From Bacteroidia bacterium (GTDB lineage: Bacteria; Bacteroidota; Bacteroidia; UBA4408): a stretch of 64,000 bases of DNA. Of the stretch, positions 9,400 to 20,745 are shown piece after piece. The position numbers and the translations under genes were made by a program. The first letter of the stretch is position 1, and each line of letters opens with the position of its first letter. The notes beneath the pieces are model-generated. The model did no database searches and was not told the DNA's origin. It worked only from the letters and a program-made list of their open reading frames with translations. Location: assembly GCA_043778625.1 (NCBI GenBank), contig JAYWFU010000104.1, positions 3,216-67,215 on the forward strand, written 5' to 3'.

Positions 9400-10206
9400 T
9401 TAATTAATTATATAACTATTGTTTAAATTACTATTTTTTATTATTTCAGCCTCTATTATCTTAAAATCAGATAGTACATCTGCCTTCTCCTCTCCTATTG
9501 CAACAGTATGCTCAAAGTGTGCTGACATTTTTAAGTCTTTAGTTTTTACCGTCCAACCATCATTATAAAACTTAACGTGTTGTCCTCCCTCATTTATCAT
9601 TGGTTCTATTGCTATAACCATTCCTTTTTTTAATAATACTCCACTTCCTTTCTTTCCAAAATTTGGGACTTCAGGCTCTTCATGTAATGCCTTTCCAACA
9701 CCATGACCAACTAACTCCCTTACCACTCCAAAACCAAAACTTTCACAATAGGATTGAACTGCATTTGATATATCGCCTACTCTATTACCAACTACTGATT
9801 TTTCAATTGCCAAATATAACGAAGTTTTGGTAACTTCCAATAGTTTTTTACTATTTTCCGAAATATCACCCACTGCAAAGGTAAATGCCGAATCTCCGTA
9901 AAAATTATTACTCAAAATACCACAATCTATTGACAGAATATCGCCATTTTGAACTGGTGTTTCGCTAGGCAAACCATGAACTACCTGGTTATTTGGAGAA
10001 ATACACAATGAACCAGGAAATCCTCTATATCCTTTAAAAGCAGGTACAGCATTATTATCTAAAATAAACTGCTCTGCTATTTTATCTAGCGCTGAATAAA
10101 ATACTCCTTCTTTAATGTGTTTAGCAACTTCAGCTAGCGTTTTTGAAACTAATAACGAACTGTGTCGTAGTAATTCTATTTCCTCGTCAGTTTTTAAATA
10201 AACCAT
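9400..10206 (-). CDS. map: type I methionine aminopeptidase
   Basis: 268 aa; MetAP metal-ligand motifs; conserved position after secY. Confidence 0.9.
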   Translation of the reverse strand: MVYLKTDEEIELLRHSSLLVSKTLAEVAKHIKEGVFYSALDKIAEQFILDNNAVPAFKGYRGFPGSLCISPNNQVVHGLPSETPVQNGDILSIDCGILSNNFYGDSAFTFAVGDISENSKKLLEVTKTSLYLAIEKSVVGNRVGDISNAVQSYCESFGFGVVRELVGHGVGKALHEEPEVPNFGKKGSGVLLKKGMVIAIEPMINEGGQHVKFYNDGWTVKTKDLKMSAHFEHTVAIGEEKADVLSDFKIIEAEIIKNSNLNNSYIIN

Positions 10207-10215
10207 TCAACGAAC

Positions 10216-11559
10216 CTATATTGAAATAGCTTCTTTGTCAGCAGTTCTACCTTGCACTCTTCCCTCTTTCATTAAACCATCATAATGACGAACTAACAGA
10301 TAACTTTCGATTTGTTGTAAAGTATCTAACACAACCCCAACTAAAATCAATAGTGATGTACCTCCATAAAATGCTGCAAATTTACCACTTACACCTGCTA
10401 AAGAAGCAAATGCAGGTAATATAGCGATTAACGCTAAGAATAATGCCCCTGGCAAAGTAATAAACGACATTATCTGATCAATAAAAGTAGCTGTGTCGTC
10501 ACCTGGCTTAACACCTGGAATAAAACCATTATTACGTTTCATATCATCAGCCATGTTTTTAGGATTAATCATTATAGCCGTATAAAAATAAGTGAACGCA
10601 ATAATAAGAGTTGCAAATATTAAATTATGCCAAAAACCTGTATAATCCATCAGTGCTGTCGCAATTGAATTTAATGTTTTAGAATCCGTAACGCCTGAAA
10701 TTGCAGCAGGTAAGAACATAATTGCTTGTGCAAATATTATTGGCATAACTCCTGAAGCATTTACCTTTAATGGTATATACTGACGAGCTCCATTAACATC
10801 ATTTGTTCCAACAACACGTTTAGCAAATTGTACTTGTATCTTACGTACACCTTGTACTAACATTATATTAAGTACAACTACCAAAAATAACGCTACCATC
10901 TCTACTAAAAATAATACTAAACCACCTCCTGTATTTGCACTAATCTTAGTATCAAATTCTGACAAAATAGCTTCAGGAAAACGTGCAATAATACCTACAG
11001 CAATGATTAAAGAAACACCATTACCAATACCTCTATCAGTAATCCGCTCTCCTAACCAAAGTACAAACATAGTACCAGCAACAAGTATGATTATAGTACT
11101 AACCCACCACAATTGAGAATTGGGTTCTAACTTAGCTGCTTCAGGTATTTGGGAAAGAATATAGCCAGGTGCTTGAAATAAAGTTACAACAATCGTTAAA
11201 AAACGAGTGTATTGATTCAATTTTTTTCGCCCGCTTTCACCGTCTTTTTGCAAACGAGCTAATGTGGGTACTGCAATTGTTAAAATTTGAATTACAATTG
11301 AAGCCGAAATATAAGGCATAATACCTAATGCAAAAATTGAGGCACGAGAAAATGCACCTCCAGCAAAAACGTTAATTAAAGCTGTAATTCCTGTTGCATC
11401 TGCTTGTTTTTCACTCAAAATTTGAGCATCAATACCTGGTAAAACAACAAATGATCCTATTCTATAAGCAATAAGCAAAAGAATTGTATATACAATCTTT
11501 TGCTTAAGCTCCTCAATAGACCAAATATTTTTTAATGTTTGAATAAATTTTTTCATCAA
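10216..11559 (-). CDS. secY: preprotein translocase subunit SecY
   Basis: 447 aa; 10 TM; canonical SecY. Confidence 0.95.
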   Translation of the reverse strand: MMKKFIQTLKNIWSIEELKQKIVYTILLLIAYRIGSFVVLPGIDAQILSEKQADATGITALINVFAGGAFSRASIFALGIMPYISASIVIQILTIAVPTLARLQKDGESGRKKLNQYTRFLTIVVTLFQAPGYILSQIPEAAKLEPNSQLWWVSTIIILVAGTMFVLWLGERITDRGIGNGVSLIIAVGIIARFPEAILSEFDTKISANTGGGLVLFLVEMVALFLVVVLNIMLVQGVRKIQVQFAKRVVGTNDVNGARQYIPLKVNASGVMPIIFAQAIMFLPAAISGVTDSKTLNSIATALMDYTGFWHNLIFATLIIAFTYFYTAIMINPKNMADDMKRNNGFIPGVKPGDDTATFIDQIMSFITLPGALFLALIAILPAFASLAGVSGKFAAFYGGTSLLILVGVVLDTLQQIESYLLVRHYDGLMKEGRVQGRTADKEAISI

Positions 11560-11562
11560 AAA

Positions 11563-12009
11563 TTATAGTGTAGTAAATGAACCTCCAACTTTCGTTATTG
11601 CTTCTTGCGCTACTGTTGAAAATTTGTTTAATGTTACGTTTACTTTAGCAGTTAGCTCTCCACGCCCCAAAACTTTAACTAAATCATTCTTAGAAGCTAA
11701 ACCAGCATTTAATAATACCTCTTTAGTAATTTCTGTAATATTTTTAGTTTCTGCTAAGTGTTGTAAAGTATCTAAATTAACAACCTTATACTCAATACGG
11801 TTGATGTTTTTGAAGCCAAACTTAGGTAAGCGACGTTGTAATGGAGTTTGTCCACCCTCAAAACTTCTTTTACTTGAATATCCTGAACGTGATTGAGCAC
11901 CTTTGTGACCTCTAGTAGCCGTTCCACCTCCGCCAGAACCTTGTCCGCGCCCCCTTCTATAGTTGTTTTTTGTAGCTCCTAAAGCGGGTTTTAATGTATT
12001 TAAATTCAT
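11563..12009 (-). CDS. rplO: 50S ribosomal protein L15
   Basis: 148 aa; Gly/Arg-rich N-terminus typical of L15. Confidence 0.95.
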   Translation of the reverse strand: MNLNTLKPALGATKNNYRRGRGQGSGGGGTATRGHKGAQSRSGYSSKRSFEGGQTPLQRRLPKFGFKNINRIEYKVVNLDTLQHLAETKNITEITKEVLLNAGLASKNDLVKVLGRGELTAKVNVTLNKFSTVAQEAITKVGGSFTTL

Positions 12010-12010
12010 T

Positions 12011-12184
12011 TTAGATTACTTTAACTAGATGTTTAACTTTATTAATCATACCCAAAATTTGAGGTGTTGGTGTATGCTCAATAATTTGATTATTCTTTTT
12101 AAATCCTAAAGCTATTAATGTATCTTTTTGACGTTTAGGTCTATCGATACCGCTTTTATATTGCTGAATACGTATAGTGCTCAT
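12011..12184 (-). CDS. rpmD: 50S ribosomal protein L30
   Basis: Hand-translated 57 aa ORF MSTIRIQQYKSGIDRPKRQKDTLIALGFKK... between rplO and rpsE. Absent from ORF track. Confidence 0.9.
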   Translation of the reverse strand: MSTIRIQQYKSGIDRPKRQKDTLIALGFKKNNQIIEHTPTPQILGMINKVKHLVKVI

Positions 12185-12195
12185 ATTGTAAATTA

Positions 12196-12714
12196 TTAAC
12201 CGTTAAATACTTTTTGCATGCTTACACCACGTAAAGTTGCAATTGTGAAAGGATCTCTTAACTGTGATAATGCTTCGATAGTAGCTTTAACCACGTTGTG
12301 AGGATTTGATGATCCCTTAGATTTAGCAAGTACGTCAGTGATACCTACACTTTCTAATACTGCACGCATCGCTCCACCCGCAATTACTCCAGTACCATGG
12401 GCAGCTGGTTTAATAAACACTTGTGCTCCTCCGTATTTAGATAACTGCTCATGAGGTATTGTTCCTTTATAAATTGGAACTTTTACCAAATTTTTTTTAG
12501 CATCCTCAATACCTTTAGCAATAGCATCAGCTACTTCTTTGGACTTTCCTAAACCGTAACCTACCACACCGTTTTCATTTCCTACTACTACAATAGCTGA
12601 AAAACTAAATGTGCGTCCACCTTTAGTAACCTTAGTTACGCGTTGGATTCCAACTAAACGATCTTTTAATTCGATATCAGCTGATTTTACTTTTTTTATA
12701 GTTTCTGTTGACAT
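12196..12714 (-). CDS. rpsE: 30S ribosomal protein S5
   Basis: 172 aa; canonical S5. Confidence 0.95.
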   Translation of the reverse strand: MSTETIKKVKSADIELKDRLVGIQRVTKVTKGGRTFSFSAIVVVGNENGVVGYGLGKSKEVADAIAKGIEDAKKNLVKVPIYKGTIPHEQLSKYGGAQVFIKPAAHGTGVIAGGAMRAVLESVGITDVLAKSKGSSNPHNVVKATIEALSQLRDPFTIATLRGVSMQKVFNG

Positions 12715-12725
12715 ATAAATTACGA

Positions 12726-13070
12726 TTAAAATTCTAAACCATTTTCTCTAGCTGCTTCAGCTAAAGATTTAACTCGACCATGATATAAATAACCATTACG
12801 ATCAAATTTAACTTTTTTTACTCCTAATCCTAATGCTTTTTCAGCAATAAGTTTACCAACAGTTTTTGCTTGGTCTACTTTATTTACTTTTGAATCATCA
12901 GTATATTTAGCACTAATCAAAGTCTTTCCTATAGAATCATCAATTAGTTGAGCGTATATATTTTTATTGCTTCTAAAAACGGTTAAGCGAGGTGTTGCTG
13001 CAGTACCTGCAACAATTTGCTTAGAGCGCATTTTTATTTTAACTCTACGAGTTTCTTTTAAACTAGCCAT
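12726..13070 (-). CDS. rplR: 50S ribosomal protein L18
   Basis: 114 aa; canonical L18. Confidence 0.95.
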   Translation of the reverse strand: MASLKETRRVKIKMRSKQIVAGTAATPRLTVFRSNKNIYAQLIDDSIGKTLISAKYTDDSKVNKVDQAKTVGKLIAEKALGLGVKKVKFDRNGYLYHGRVKSLAEAARENGLEF

Positions 13071-13094
13071 ATTGTAATTAACTACTTTTAATTA

Positions 13095-13649
13095 TTATTT
13101 ACCTGCTGATTTACCAGCTTTTCTTCTTAGAATTTCACCTTCAAATTTAATACCTTTTCCTTTGTATGGTTCAGGCTTACGTAATGAACGAATTTTCGCA
13201 GCTACTAGCCCTAATAATTCTTTGTCAGCTGACTTTAAAGTAATTTTAGGATTCTGACCACGTTCTGTTTTCGTTTCAAATAAAATTTCTTTTGGCATTT
13301 CAACTAAAACGTTGTGTGAAAAACCTAAAGTTAATTCTAAATTTTGACCAACAGCTGCAGCTCTGTAACCAACACCTACTAATTCTTGAACAACTTGATA
13401 TCCCTCAGAAACACCTTTAACCATGTTAAAAATTAATGAACGATATAAACCATGCAAAGCCTTAGCTTCTTTAGTATCATTTGGACGATTGACTGTTAAA
13501 ATAGCACCGTCGATATTTATTGTAATAATTGAGTTAATAGTTCTTGATAATTCACCTAATTTACCTTTAACAGTAATTTCGTTATCATTAGAAACTTTAA
13601 TATCAACACCTGCTGGAATATTTATTGGGAGTTTACCTATACGTGACAT
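13095..13649 (-). CDS. rplF: 50S ribosomal protein L6
   Basis: Canonical start MSRIGKLPINIP at the internal ATG 13647-13649. The ORF track start at 13694 is an upstream over-extension. Confidence 0.9.
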   Translation of the reverse strand: MSRIGKLPINIPAGVDIKVSNDNEITVKGKLGELSRTINSIITINIDGAILTVNRPNDTKEAKALHGLYRSLIFNMVKGVSEGYQVVQELVGVGYRAAAVGQNLELTLGFSHNVLVEMPKEILFETKTERGQNPKITLKSADKELLGLVAAKIRSLRKPEPYKGKGIKFEGEILRRKAGKSAGK

Positions 13650-13659
13650 TTCGTGCGGA

Positions 13660-14058
13660 TTAAAATATGTAACAAATAACTTCGCCACCAACATTTAGAC
13701 GCTTTGCATCTTTATTGGTCATTACACCTTTAGAGGTAGATAATATAGCTACACCTAAACCATTAAATATTTTTGGTAAATTATCATTACCTACATATTT
13801 ACGTAAACCTGGTGAACTCACACGAATTAATGATTTTATAGCTGGTAACTTGGAAGTTGCATTATATTTTAATGCAATTTTAATATTACCTTGCTTAGCA
13901 TCATCCTCAAATTTAAAATTTGTGATGTAGCCTTGATCAAAAAGAATTTCTGTAATTCTTTTTTTGATGTTTGAAGCTGGAATTTCAACTACACGATGCG
14001 CAGCCATCTGGGCGTTACGAATACGTGTTAAATAATCTGATATTGGATCTGTGTTCAT
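13660..14058 (-). CDS. rpsH: 30S ribosomal protein S8
   Basis: 132 aa; canonical S8. Confidence 0.95.
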   Translation of the reverse strand: MNTDPISDYLTRIRNAQMAAHRVVEIPASNIKKRITEILFDQGYITNFKFEDDAKQGNIKIALKYNATSKLPAIKSLIRVSSPGLRKYVGNDNLPKIFNGLGVAILSTSKGVMTNKDAKRLNVGGEVICYIF

Positions 14059-14127
14059 TTTTTTAAATTATGTTAATGCTAAAACATTGCATTAATTATA
14101 TATTTAATATAATTAATTGTACTTTAA

Positions 14128-14397
14128 TTACCAAGATGATTTTGTTACCCCTGGAATTTTTCCATCAAGCGCTAACTCTCTGAAGAAATTTCTAGACAAT
14201 CCAAACATTCGCATATATCCTCTTGGACGTCCAGATAAACTACATCTATTGCGCATACGCACAGGTGACGAGTTTTTAGGTAACAAACTTAATGCGGCTA
14301 AGTCTCCACTTTCTTTCAAAGCTTTACGCTTAGCTGCATACTTTACTACTAATTTTGCACGCTTTACTTCGCGTGCTTTCATTGATTCTTTTGCCAT
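14128..14397 (-). CDS. rpsN: 30S ribosomal protein S14
   Basis: [16 protein letters not shown]... canonical S14. Start trimmed from the ORF-track position 14406. Confidence 0.9.
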   Translation of the reverse strand: MAKESMKAREVKRAKLVVKYAAKRKALKESGDLAALSLLPKNSSPVRMRNRCSLSGRPRGYMRMFGLSRNFFRELALDGKIPGVTKSSW

Positions 14398-14411
14398 TTT
14401 ATGCAAATATA

Positions 14412-14969
14412 TTATTTATTTTGATTTCTGAAAGGTAATCCAAATTCTTTTAATAATGCAAATGCTTCTGCATCGTTTTTGGTTGATGTTACAAATGTAA
14501 TATCCATACCTAAAATTTTATTTATCTTGTCAATATTAATTTCAGGAAAAATGATTTGTTCAGTAATACCTAGGGTATAATTACCTCTTCCATCAAAACC
14601 TTTATCATTAATTCCTTTAAAATCACGAATACGAGGTAATGAAACTGAAATTAATCTATCTAAAAATTCGTACATGTTGTCGCCACGAAGAGTAACCTTT
14701 ACTCCTACTGGTACGCCTTTACGTAATTTAAAATTAGAAATGTCTTTTTTAGCTTTAGTTGAAATTGCTTTTTGACCAGTAATAGTTGAAATTTCATTTA
14801 CAGAAATATCTATTAATTTTTTATCAGCAACTGCTATACCCAAACCTTGACTAACAATAATTTTTTCAATTTTAGGAACTTGCATCGAACTTTTAAAGTC
14901 GAATTTTTTTTGCAAATTACTAGCAATCTCTTGCTTGTATTTATGCTTTAAACGAGGAACGTATGTCAT
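14412..14969 (-). CDS. rplE: 50S ribosomal protein L5
   Basis: 185 aa; canonical L5. Confidence 0.95.
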   Translation of the reverse strand: MTYVPRLKHKYKQEIASNLQKKFDFKSSMQVPKIEKIIVSQGLGIAVADKKLIDISVNEISTITGQKAISTKAKKDISNFKLRKGVPVGVKVTLRGDNMYEFLDRLISVSLPRIRDFKGINDKGFDGRGNYTLGITEQIIFPEINIDKINKILGMDITFVTSTKNDAEAFALLKEFGLPFRNQNK

Positions 14970-14977
14970 TTTATTAA

Positions 14978-15289
14978 TTATTTGATTATTTCGTTAGACT
15001 TTTTAGTAAAACGAACTATTTTACCATCAACTAATTTCCGTCCTATTTTACTGGCAACACCTTTACTATCTAATAACATTAAATTAGATATATGAATTGG
15101 TGCTTCTTTTTTAATAAGACCTCCCTGAGGGTTTTGAGTTGACGGCTTCAACGCACGACTAACCATGTTTACACCCTCTAGTATAGCTTTATTAGCTTTA
15201 GGATCAATTGAAGTTACTTTAGCAACTTTACCTTTTTCATCTCCTGCGATTACTTTAACTGTATCGCCTTTTTTAATATGTAATTTCAT
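14978..15289 (-). CDS. rplX: 50S ribosomal protein L24
   Basis: 103 aa; KOW motif. Confidence 0.95.
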   Translation of the reverse strand: MKLHIKKGDTVKVIAGDEKGKVAKVTSIDPKANKAILEGVNMVSRALKPSTQNPQGGLIKKEAPIHISNLMLLDSKGVASKIGRKLVDGKIVRFTKKSNEIIK

Positions 15290-15292
15290 TTT

Positions 15293-15661
15293 TTATAGAA
15301 CTTCTGGTGCTAATGAAACAATTTTCATGAATTGCTTTTCACGCAACTCTCTAGCTACTGGCCCAAAAATACGAGTACCGCGTAATTCTTCAGATGCATT
15401 TAACAATACAACTGCATTATCATCAAAACGAATAAATGAACCATCGGCTCTTTTAATTTCTTTTTTGGTGCGCACTACCACAGCTTTTGAAACTGTACCT
15501 TTTTTAACATTACCTGACGGTATTGCATGTTTTACGGTAACAATAATTTTGTCACCAATACTGGCGTATTGTTTTTTAGTACCTCCTAACACACGGATAC
15601 AAAGTACTTCCTTTGCGCCGCTATTATCAGCTACTATTAAACGAGATTCTTGTTGTATCAT
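15293..15661 (-). CDS. rplN: 50S ribosomal protein L14
   Basis: 122 aa; MIQQESRL... canonical L14. Confidence 0.95.
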   Translation of the reverse strand: MIQQESRLIVADNSGAKEVLCIRVLGGTKKQYASIGDKIIVTVKHAIPSGNVKKGTVSKAVVVRTKKEIKRADGSFIRFDDNAVVLLNASEELRGTRIFGPVARELREKQFMKIVSLAPEVL

Positions 15662-15665
15662 GACT

Positions 15666-15926
15666 TTATTTTACTTTCTCTATTATTTCTACTAATCTCC
15701 ATCTTTTTGTTTTGCTCATTGGGCGAGTTTCCATAATTTTAACTAAATCACCAATGTTACACTCGTTTTTATCATCATGTGCACAAAAAGTAGTTGTACG
15801 TTTAATAAATTTACCATATTTTGGATGCTTTACTTTACGTTCTACAGCAACAATTATAGATTTCTCCATTTTATTGCTAGCGACTATACCTATTCTTTCT
15901 TTTCTAAGATTGCGTTCTAATTCCAT
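15666..15926 (-). CDS. rpsQ: 30S ribosomal protein S17
   Basis: 86 aa; canonical S17. Confidence 0.9.
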   Translation of the reverse strand: MELERNLRKERIGIVASNKMEKSIIVAVERKVKHPKYGKFIKRTTTFCAHDDKNECNIGDLVKIMETRPMSKTKRWRLVEIIEKVK

Positions 15927-15929
15927 ATC

Positions 15930-16121
15930 TTACTTATTTTTACGAGCGTTAATCTCTGTTAAAATTTTTGCAACAGTTTTTCTGCTTTTTCTTATCACCA
16001 TTGGATTTTCAAGTGGTGAAAGTGAATGATTAAACTTCATTGAATTTAATCCTGACTTCATTTCAACAAGGGTTTTTGTTAACTCTTGTTCTGATAGCGC
16101 TTTTATATCTTTCGTTTTCAT
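15930..16121 (-). CDS. rpmC: 50S ribosomal protein L29
   Basis: 63 aa; operon position between rplP and rpsQ. Confidence 0.9.
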   Translation of the reverse strand: MKTKDIKALSEQELTKTLVEMKSGLNSMKFNHSLSPLENPMVIRKSRKTVAKILTEINARKNK

Positions 16122-16128
16122 ATCACTG

Positions 16129-16554
16129 TTATGCTTCAGATGAATAATCTCTTCTAACTAAAAACTGAGTTGCAATTGGAAGTTTTTGGGCGGCTAAACG
16201 AAGAGCCTCTTTAGCTACTTCAATAGGAACACCATCTGCTTCAAATATAATTGCTCCTGGCTTACAAACTGCTACCCAATATTCGGGAGCACCTTTACCT
16301 TTACCCATACGTACCTCTGCAGGCTTACTTGTAATTGGTTTATCAGGAAATAAACGTAGCCAAATTTGACCTTCACGTTTCATAAAACGAGTAACTGCTA
16401 CACGAGCAGCTTCAAGTTGACGGCTAGTAAGCCATGTGCCTTCTAAGGCTTTAATTCCGAAAGAACCAAAAGCTAGTTGTGCACCACGATTGGCAACACC
16501 TTTTTGCTTCATTTTATGTTGCTTACGGAATTTTGTTTTTTTAGGTTGTAACAT
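16129..16554 (-). CDS. rplP: 50S ribosomal protein L16
   Basis: 141 aa; canonical L16. Confidence 0.95.
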   Translation of the reverse strand: MLQPKKTKFRKQHKMKQKGVANRGAQLAFGSFGIKALEGTWLTSRQLEAARVAVTRFMKREGQIWLRLFPDKPITSKPAEVRMGKGKGAPEYWVAVCKPGAIIFEADGVPIEVAKEALRLAAQKLPIATQFLVRRDYSSEA

Positions 16555-16564
16555 CTTTTAGCTA

Positions 16565-17317
16565 TTACTGAGTTTTTCTTTTCGACTTATTGAATTTTCC
16601 TGGAGTACCTTGTCCTTCACGTTTTGGAGCTGATGAAGCACCTTCATTTTGCTTAAATGAATATGCGCCTAAGTTAGGTGACAAATCACGTTTTCCATAA
16701 ACTTCACCTTTGCAAATCCAAACTTTTAAACCTATACGTCCGAATGAAGTATGCGCTTCAGCAGCTGCATAATCAATATCAGCACGTAAGGTATGTAATG
16801 GGGTTCTACCATCTTTTAGTTGTTCAGCACGTGCCATTTCTGCACCACCTAAGCGACCTGAAATTACAACTTTAATACCTTCAGCTCCCATGCGCATTGC
16901 TGATGAGATAGACATTTTAATTGCTCTACGGTAAGAAATCCTACCTTCAATTTGACGGGCAATTGAATCAGCAACTATTTTAGCATCTAATTCAGGGCGT
17001 TTAATTTCAAATATATTTATTTGAACATCCTTAGCGGTTATCTTTTTTAACTCCTCTTTTAATTTGTCCACTTCTTTACCTCCTTTTCCTATAATAATAC
17101 CAGGACGAGAAGTATGCACAGTAACAGTGATTAACTTTAATGTACGTTCAATAACTATTTTAGAAATACTACCTTTTGATAAACGTGCATTAAGATATCC
17201 TCTGATTTTAAAATCTTCAGCGATTTTGTCTGCGTAGTTTTTACCACCAAACCAATTTGAATCCCAACCACGTATAATTCCTAGACGGAACCCTATTGGA
17301 TTAACTTTTTGTCCCAT
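16565..17317 (-). CDS. rpsC: 30S ribosomal protein S3
   Basis: 250 aa; KH domain; C-terminal extension typical of Bacteroidetes S3. Confidence 0.95.
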   Translation of the reverse strand: MGQKVNPIGFRLGIIRGWDSNWFGGKNYADKIAEDFKIRGYLNARLSKGSISKIVIERTLKLITVTVHTSRPGIIIGKGGKEVDKLKEELKKITAKDVQINIFEIKRPELDAKIVADSIARQIEGRISYRRAIKMSISSAMRMGAEGIKVVISGRLGGAEMARAEQLKDGRTPLHTLRADIDYAAAEAHTSFGRIGLKVWICKGEVYGKRDLSPNLGAYSFKQNEGASSAPKREGQGTPGKFNKSKRKTQ

Positions 17318-17324
17318 TTCTTAA

Positions 17325-17717
17325 TTATTTTTGTCCTAAAATTACTGTTACATGATTTGAACGTTTTCTTACTCTGTAACCTCTACCTTGAGGTGCAGTT
17401 CTTAAACGTTTCAACATTGAAGCGCTATCTACAAAGATAGTACTTATGAAAAGATTTGCGTCCTCAAGACGTGCTCCTTCATTTTTTTGAAGATAATTGG
17501 CAACCGCAGATTTTACTAGTTTCTCTAAACGAACACTAGCCTCTTTACTTGAGAATTTTAATAATGCTAAAGCTTCACTTACCCCTTTACCACGTACCAT
17601 GTCAGCAACTAAGCGCATTTTACGGGGTGATGTAGGGCAATTATTTAACTTAGCAATATATTGACTCTTTCTAGCTTCTTTACGAGCTTCAGCTGCATTA
17701 TGTTTTCTAACACTCAT
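17325..17717 (-). CDS. rplV: 50S ribosomal protein L22
   Basis: 130 aa; canonical L22. Confidence 0.95.
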   Translation of the reverse strand: MSVRKHNAAEARKEARKSQYIAKLNNCPTSPRKMRLVADMVRGKGVSEALALLKFSSKEASVRLEKLVKSAVANYLQKNEGARLEDANLFISTIFVDSASMLKRLRTAPQGRGYRVRKRSNHVTVILGQK

Positions 17718-17731
17718 TTTATTGTCCTATA

Positions 17732-18004
17732 TTATTTTTTATTTTTATTTCCTGCATGTCCACGGAATGTACGTGTTGGAGAAAACTCTCCTAACTTATG
17801 ACCTACCATATTTTCCGTAACATATACAGGTATAAATTTATTACCATTATGCACAGCAAACGTGTGCCCTACAAAGTCCGGCGAAATTGTTGAGCGACGT
17901 GCCCAAGTTTTAATTACCGTTTTTTTTGATCCTTCATTCATTTTGTCAACTTTCATTTCAAGTTTAACATCAATGAATGGTCCTTTTTTTAACGAACGAG
18001 CCAT
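17732..18004 (-). CDS. rpsS: 30S ribosomal protein S19
   Basis: 90 aa; canonical S19. Confidence 0.95.
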   Translation of the reverse strand: MARSLKKGPFIDVKLEMKVDKMNEGSKKTVIKTWARRSTISPDFVGHTFAVHNGNKFIPVYVTENMVGHKLGEFSPTRTFRGHAGNKNKK

Positions 18005-18011
18005 CTGTTAT

Positions 18012-18836
18012 CTATTTTTTTCTACGTTGAACAATATAATCATTAGAATATTTTTTAGGTGCTCTAGTTTTGTAACCTTTAGAAGGTATTCCATTACGAG
18101 AACGTGGATGTCCTCCTGAAGCACGACCTTCACCACCGCCCATAGGGTGATCAACAGGATTCATCACTACAGGACGAGTACGTGGACGTACACCTTTCCA
18201 ACGTGAGCGACCTGCTTTACCACTTACTTCAAGACTATGGTCAGGATTTGAAACTGAACCTATAGTAGCTACACAAGTTGATAAAATCATACGAGTTTCA
18301 CTTGAAGGTAATTTGATAATTGCATATTTTCCGTCACGAGCAGCAAGAGTTGCAGATGAACCAGCGCTTCTAACTATTTTACCACCTTGTCCAGGTTTTA
18401 ATTCTACGTTATGTATTGTAGATCCTAGAGGTATTATTGATAAAGGAAGTGTATTGCCAACTTCTGGTGCAACATTTGCACCAGCTTCAATAGTTTGTCC
18501 TACCTTTAAACCGTGTGGAGCAAGTATATAACGTTTATCTCCATTTACGAAGAATACTAATGCAATACGAGCAGAACGATTAGGATCGTACTCTATTGTT
18601 TTAACTGTACCTTTTACTCCTTGATTTTCACGTTTGAAATCAATAATACGATATCTTTGTTTATGACCACCACCGATGTAGCGCATAGTCATTTTACCTG
18701 TATTGTTACGTCCTCCTGATTTAGACTGTTTGTCTAATAATGATTTTTCAGGTCTAGCAGCTGTTACTTCATCAAAAGTATTTGCTACTTTGAAACGTAA
18801 ACTAGGCGTTAAGGGTCTTAATTTTTTTAGTCCCAT
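18012..18836 (-). CDS. rplB: 50S ribosomal protein L2
   Basis: 274 aa; canonical L2. Confidence 0.95.
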   Translation of the reverse strand: MGLKKLRPLTPSLRFKVANTFDEVTAARPEKSLLDKQSKSGGRNNTGKMTMRYIGGGHKQRYRIIDFKRENQGVKGTVKTIEYDPNRSARIALVFFVNGDKRYILAPHGLKVGQTIEAGANVAPEVGNTLPLSIIPLGSTIHNVELKPGQGGKIVRSAGSSATLAARDGKYAIIKLPSSETRMILSTCVATIGSVSNPDHSLEVSGKAGRSRWKGVRPRTRPVVMNPVDHPMGGGEGRASGGHPRSRNGIPSKGYKTRAPKKYSNDYIVQRRKK

Positions 18837-18841
18837 TTCTA

Positions 18842-19135
18842 TTAAATATTACTGTAAAAATCTATTGTTTCACCTTTCTTTAAGGTTACTATTGCTTTTC
18901 TGCATCTTTTAGCTATACCACTAGCTATTCCTGAACGAGTATATCTTGATTTAAACTTACCACCATAGTTTTGAGTATTAACTGAATCAACAGTTACACC
19001 GTAAGTTTTCTCAATCGTTTTTTTAATTTCTACTTTGTTAGCTTTTTGAGATACAATAAAACCATATTGGTTCAATGTAGTAGCTAGTTTAGTAAACTTT
19101 TCAGTTACAATTGGTTTTAAAATAATTCCTTCCAT
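18842..19135 (-). CDS. rplW: 50S ribosomal protein L23
   Basis: 97 aa; canonical L23. Confidence 0.95.
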   Translation of the reverse strand: MEGIILKPIVTEKFTKLATTLNQYGFIVSQKANKVEIKKTIEKTYGVTVDSVNTQNYGGKFKSRYTRSGIASGIAKRCRKAIVTLKKGETIDFYSNI

Positions 19136-19136
19136 T

Positions 19137-19763
19137 TTAGTTCAGCATTTTTTCGATGTTAGCAATAGCTCCTTCAACTAATACAAGTTTTTTAGCATTT
19201 AAAATGTCATAAGTATTTAATTGACTTACAGCCATAACTTGCACTCTTTGTATGTTGCGAGACGACAAATATACATTTTTATTTATATCATCAAATATAA
19301 ATAATGTTTTTTGTGCAGAAAGATTCAAATTATCTATGATCGATATAAATTCTTTTGTTTTTGGCTTATCAAAAGTAAATGACTCAACTAAAGTAATGTT
19401 ATTTTCTTTTGCTTTATAACTTAAAGCAGACTTACGAGCAAGATCTTTTACTTTCTTGTTTAATTTGAAAGTATAGTTACGAGGACGAGGACCGAAAGCT
19501 CTACCACCGCCTACAAATAGAGGTGATTTTTTTGAACCCGCACGTGCTCCTCCTGTTCCTTTTTGACGTTTTAACTTTTTGGTAGTTGCTGATATTTCAG
19601 CGCGTTCTTTAGATTTATGTGTACCTTGACGTTGATTAGCTAGATATAATTTTACATCTAAATAGATTGCGTGATCAACTGGTTCAACACCAAATACTGA
19701 TTCAGGTAATGTAACTGACTTTGCAGTTTCTTTTCCTTTTGTGTTATGTACTTTTAATTCCAT
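19137..19763 (-). CDS. rplD: 50S ribosomal protein L4
   Basis: Canonical start MELKVHNTKGKE at the internal ATG. The ORF track start at 19799 overlaps rplC. Confidence 0.9.
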   Translation of the reverse strand: MELKVHNTKGKETAKSVTLPESVFGVEPVDHAIYLDVKLYLANQRQGTHKSKERAEISATTKKLKRQKGTGGARAGSKKSPLFVGGGRAFGPRPRNYTFKLNKKVKDLARKSALSYKAKENNITLVESFTFDKPKTKEFISIIDNLNLSAQKTLFIFDDINKNVYLSSRNIQRVQVMAVSQLNTYDILNAKKLVLVEGAIANIEKMLN

Positions 19764-19770
19764 CTCTCTA

Positions 19771-20391
19771 TTATTTTTCAACTTTAATAAAAGAACCATT
19801 AAATCCTGGGATACTTCCTTTGATAATCAAAAGGTTTTTGTCAGTAATAATTTTAACCACTTCTAAGTTGGTTGCTTTTACTGTTGCATTACCTGTTTGA
19901 CCAGCCATACGCATACCTTTAAATACACGTGAAGGCCAAGATGACGCTCCTAATGAACCTGGTGCACGTTGACGGTCATGCTGACCGTGTGTGCTCCCTC
20001 CTACTCCTGAGAATCCGTGACGTTTTACAACACCTTGGAAACCCTTACCTTTAGACGTACCTGTAACATCGATATAATCTCCTTCTTCAAATATAGAAAC
20101 ATTAATTTCTTGACCTAGAGATATTGATTGAAGTTCAAATTTTTTGAATTCTTGAACTTTACGCATATTTTTAGTTCCAGCTTTTTTAAAGTGCCCTTGT
20201 AGAGCGCCAGTAGTATGCTTATCTTTTTTTTCTTGATAGCCTAATTGTAAGGCTGAATAACCATCTTTTTCGATAGTTTTTATTTGTGTAACAAAGCAAG
20301 GACCTACTTCCAATACAGTGCAAGGAATTAATTTTCCTTTTGCATCGTAAGCACTAGTCATGCCTATTTTTTTACCTATTAAACCTGCCAT
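19771..20391 (-). CDS. rplC: 50S ribosomal protein L3
   Basis: 206 aa; canonical L3. Confidence 0.95.
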   Translation of the reverse strand: MAGLIGKKIGMTSAYDAKGKLIPCTVLEVGPCFVTQIKTIEKDGYSALQLGYQEKKDKHTTGALQGHFKKAGTKNMRKVQEFKKFELQSISLGQEINVSIFEEGDYIDVTGTSKGKGFQGVVKRHGFSGVGGSTHGQHDRQRAPGSLGASSWPSRVFKGMRMAGQTGNATVKATNLEVVKIITDKNLLIIKGSIPGFNGSFIKVEK

Positions 20392-20422
20392 AATTTCTAT
20401 ATGAGATTTTAATTGTTAACTA

Positions 20423-20728
20423 CTAAACCTTAATTTCTACTTCTACACCGCTTGGTAACTCTAATTTCATTAAAGCATCTACTGTTTTAGTAGTAGAGCT
20501 ATAAATGTCAAGTAAGCGCTTGTATGAACACAATTGGAATTGTTCACGTGCTTTCTTGTTTACGTGTGGTGAACGTAATACAGTGAAAATCTTTTTGTTT
20601 GTAGGAAGTGGAATTGGTCCACTAACAACTGCTCCAGTAGCTTTTACAGTTTTAACAATTTTCTCTGCCGATTTGTCGACTAGATTGTAGTCGTACGATT
20701 TTAATTTAATTCTAATTTTTTGACTCAT
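20423..20728 (-). CDS. rpsJ: 30S ribosomal protein S10
   Basis: 101 aa; canonical S10. Confidence 0.95.
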   Translation of the reverse strand: MSQKIRIKLKSYDYNLVDKSAEKIVKTVKATGAVVSGPIPLPTNKKIFTVLRSPHVNKKAREQFQLCSYKRLLDIYSSTTKTVDALMKLELPSGVEVEIKV

Positions 20729-20745
20729 TTCACAGAATGATTTAA

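Noticed and set aside
15165-15695. 176 aa plus-strand ORF and similar antisense ORFs across the ribosomal operon (for example 13423-13698, 15712-16029, 17862-18119)
   Set aside because: Antisense shadows of highly expressed ribosomal genes. The sense-strand products are unambiguous.
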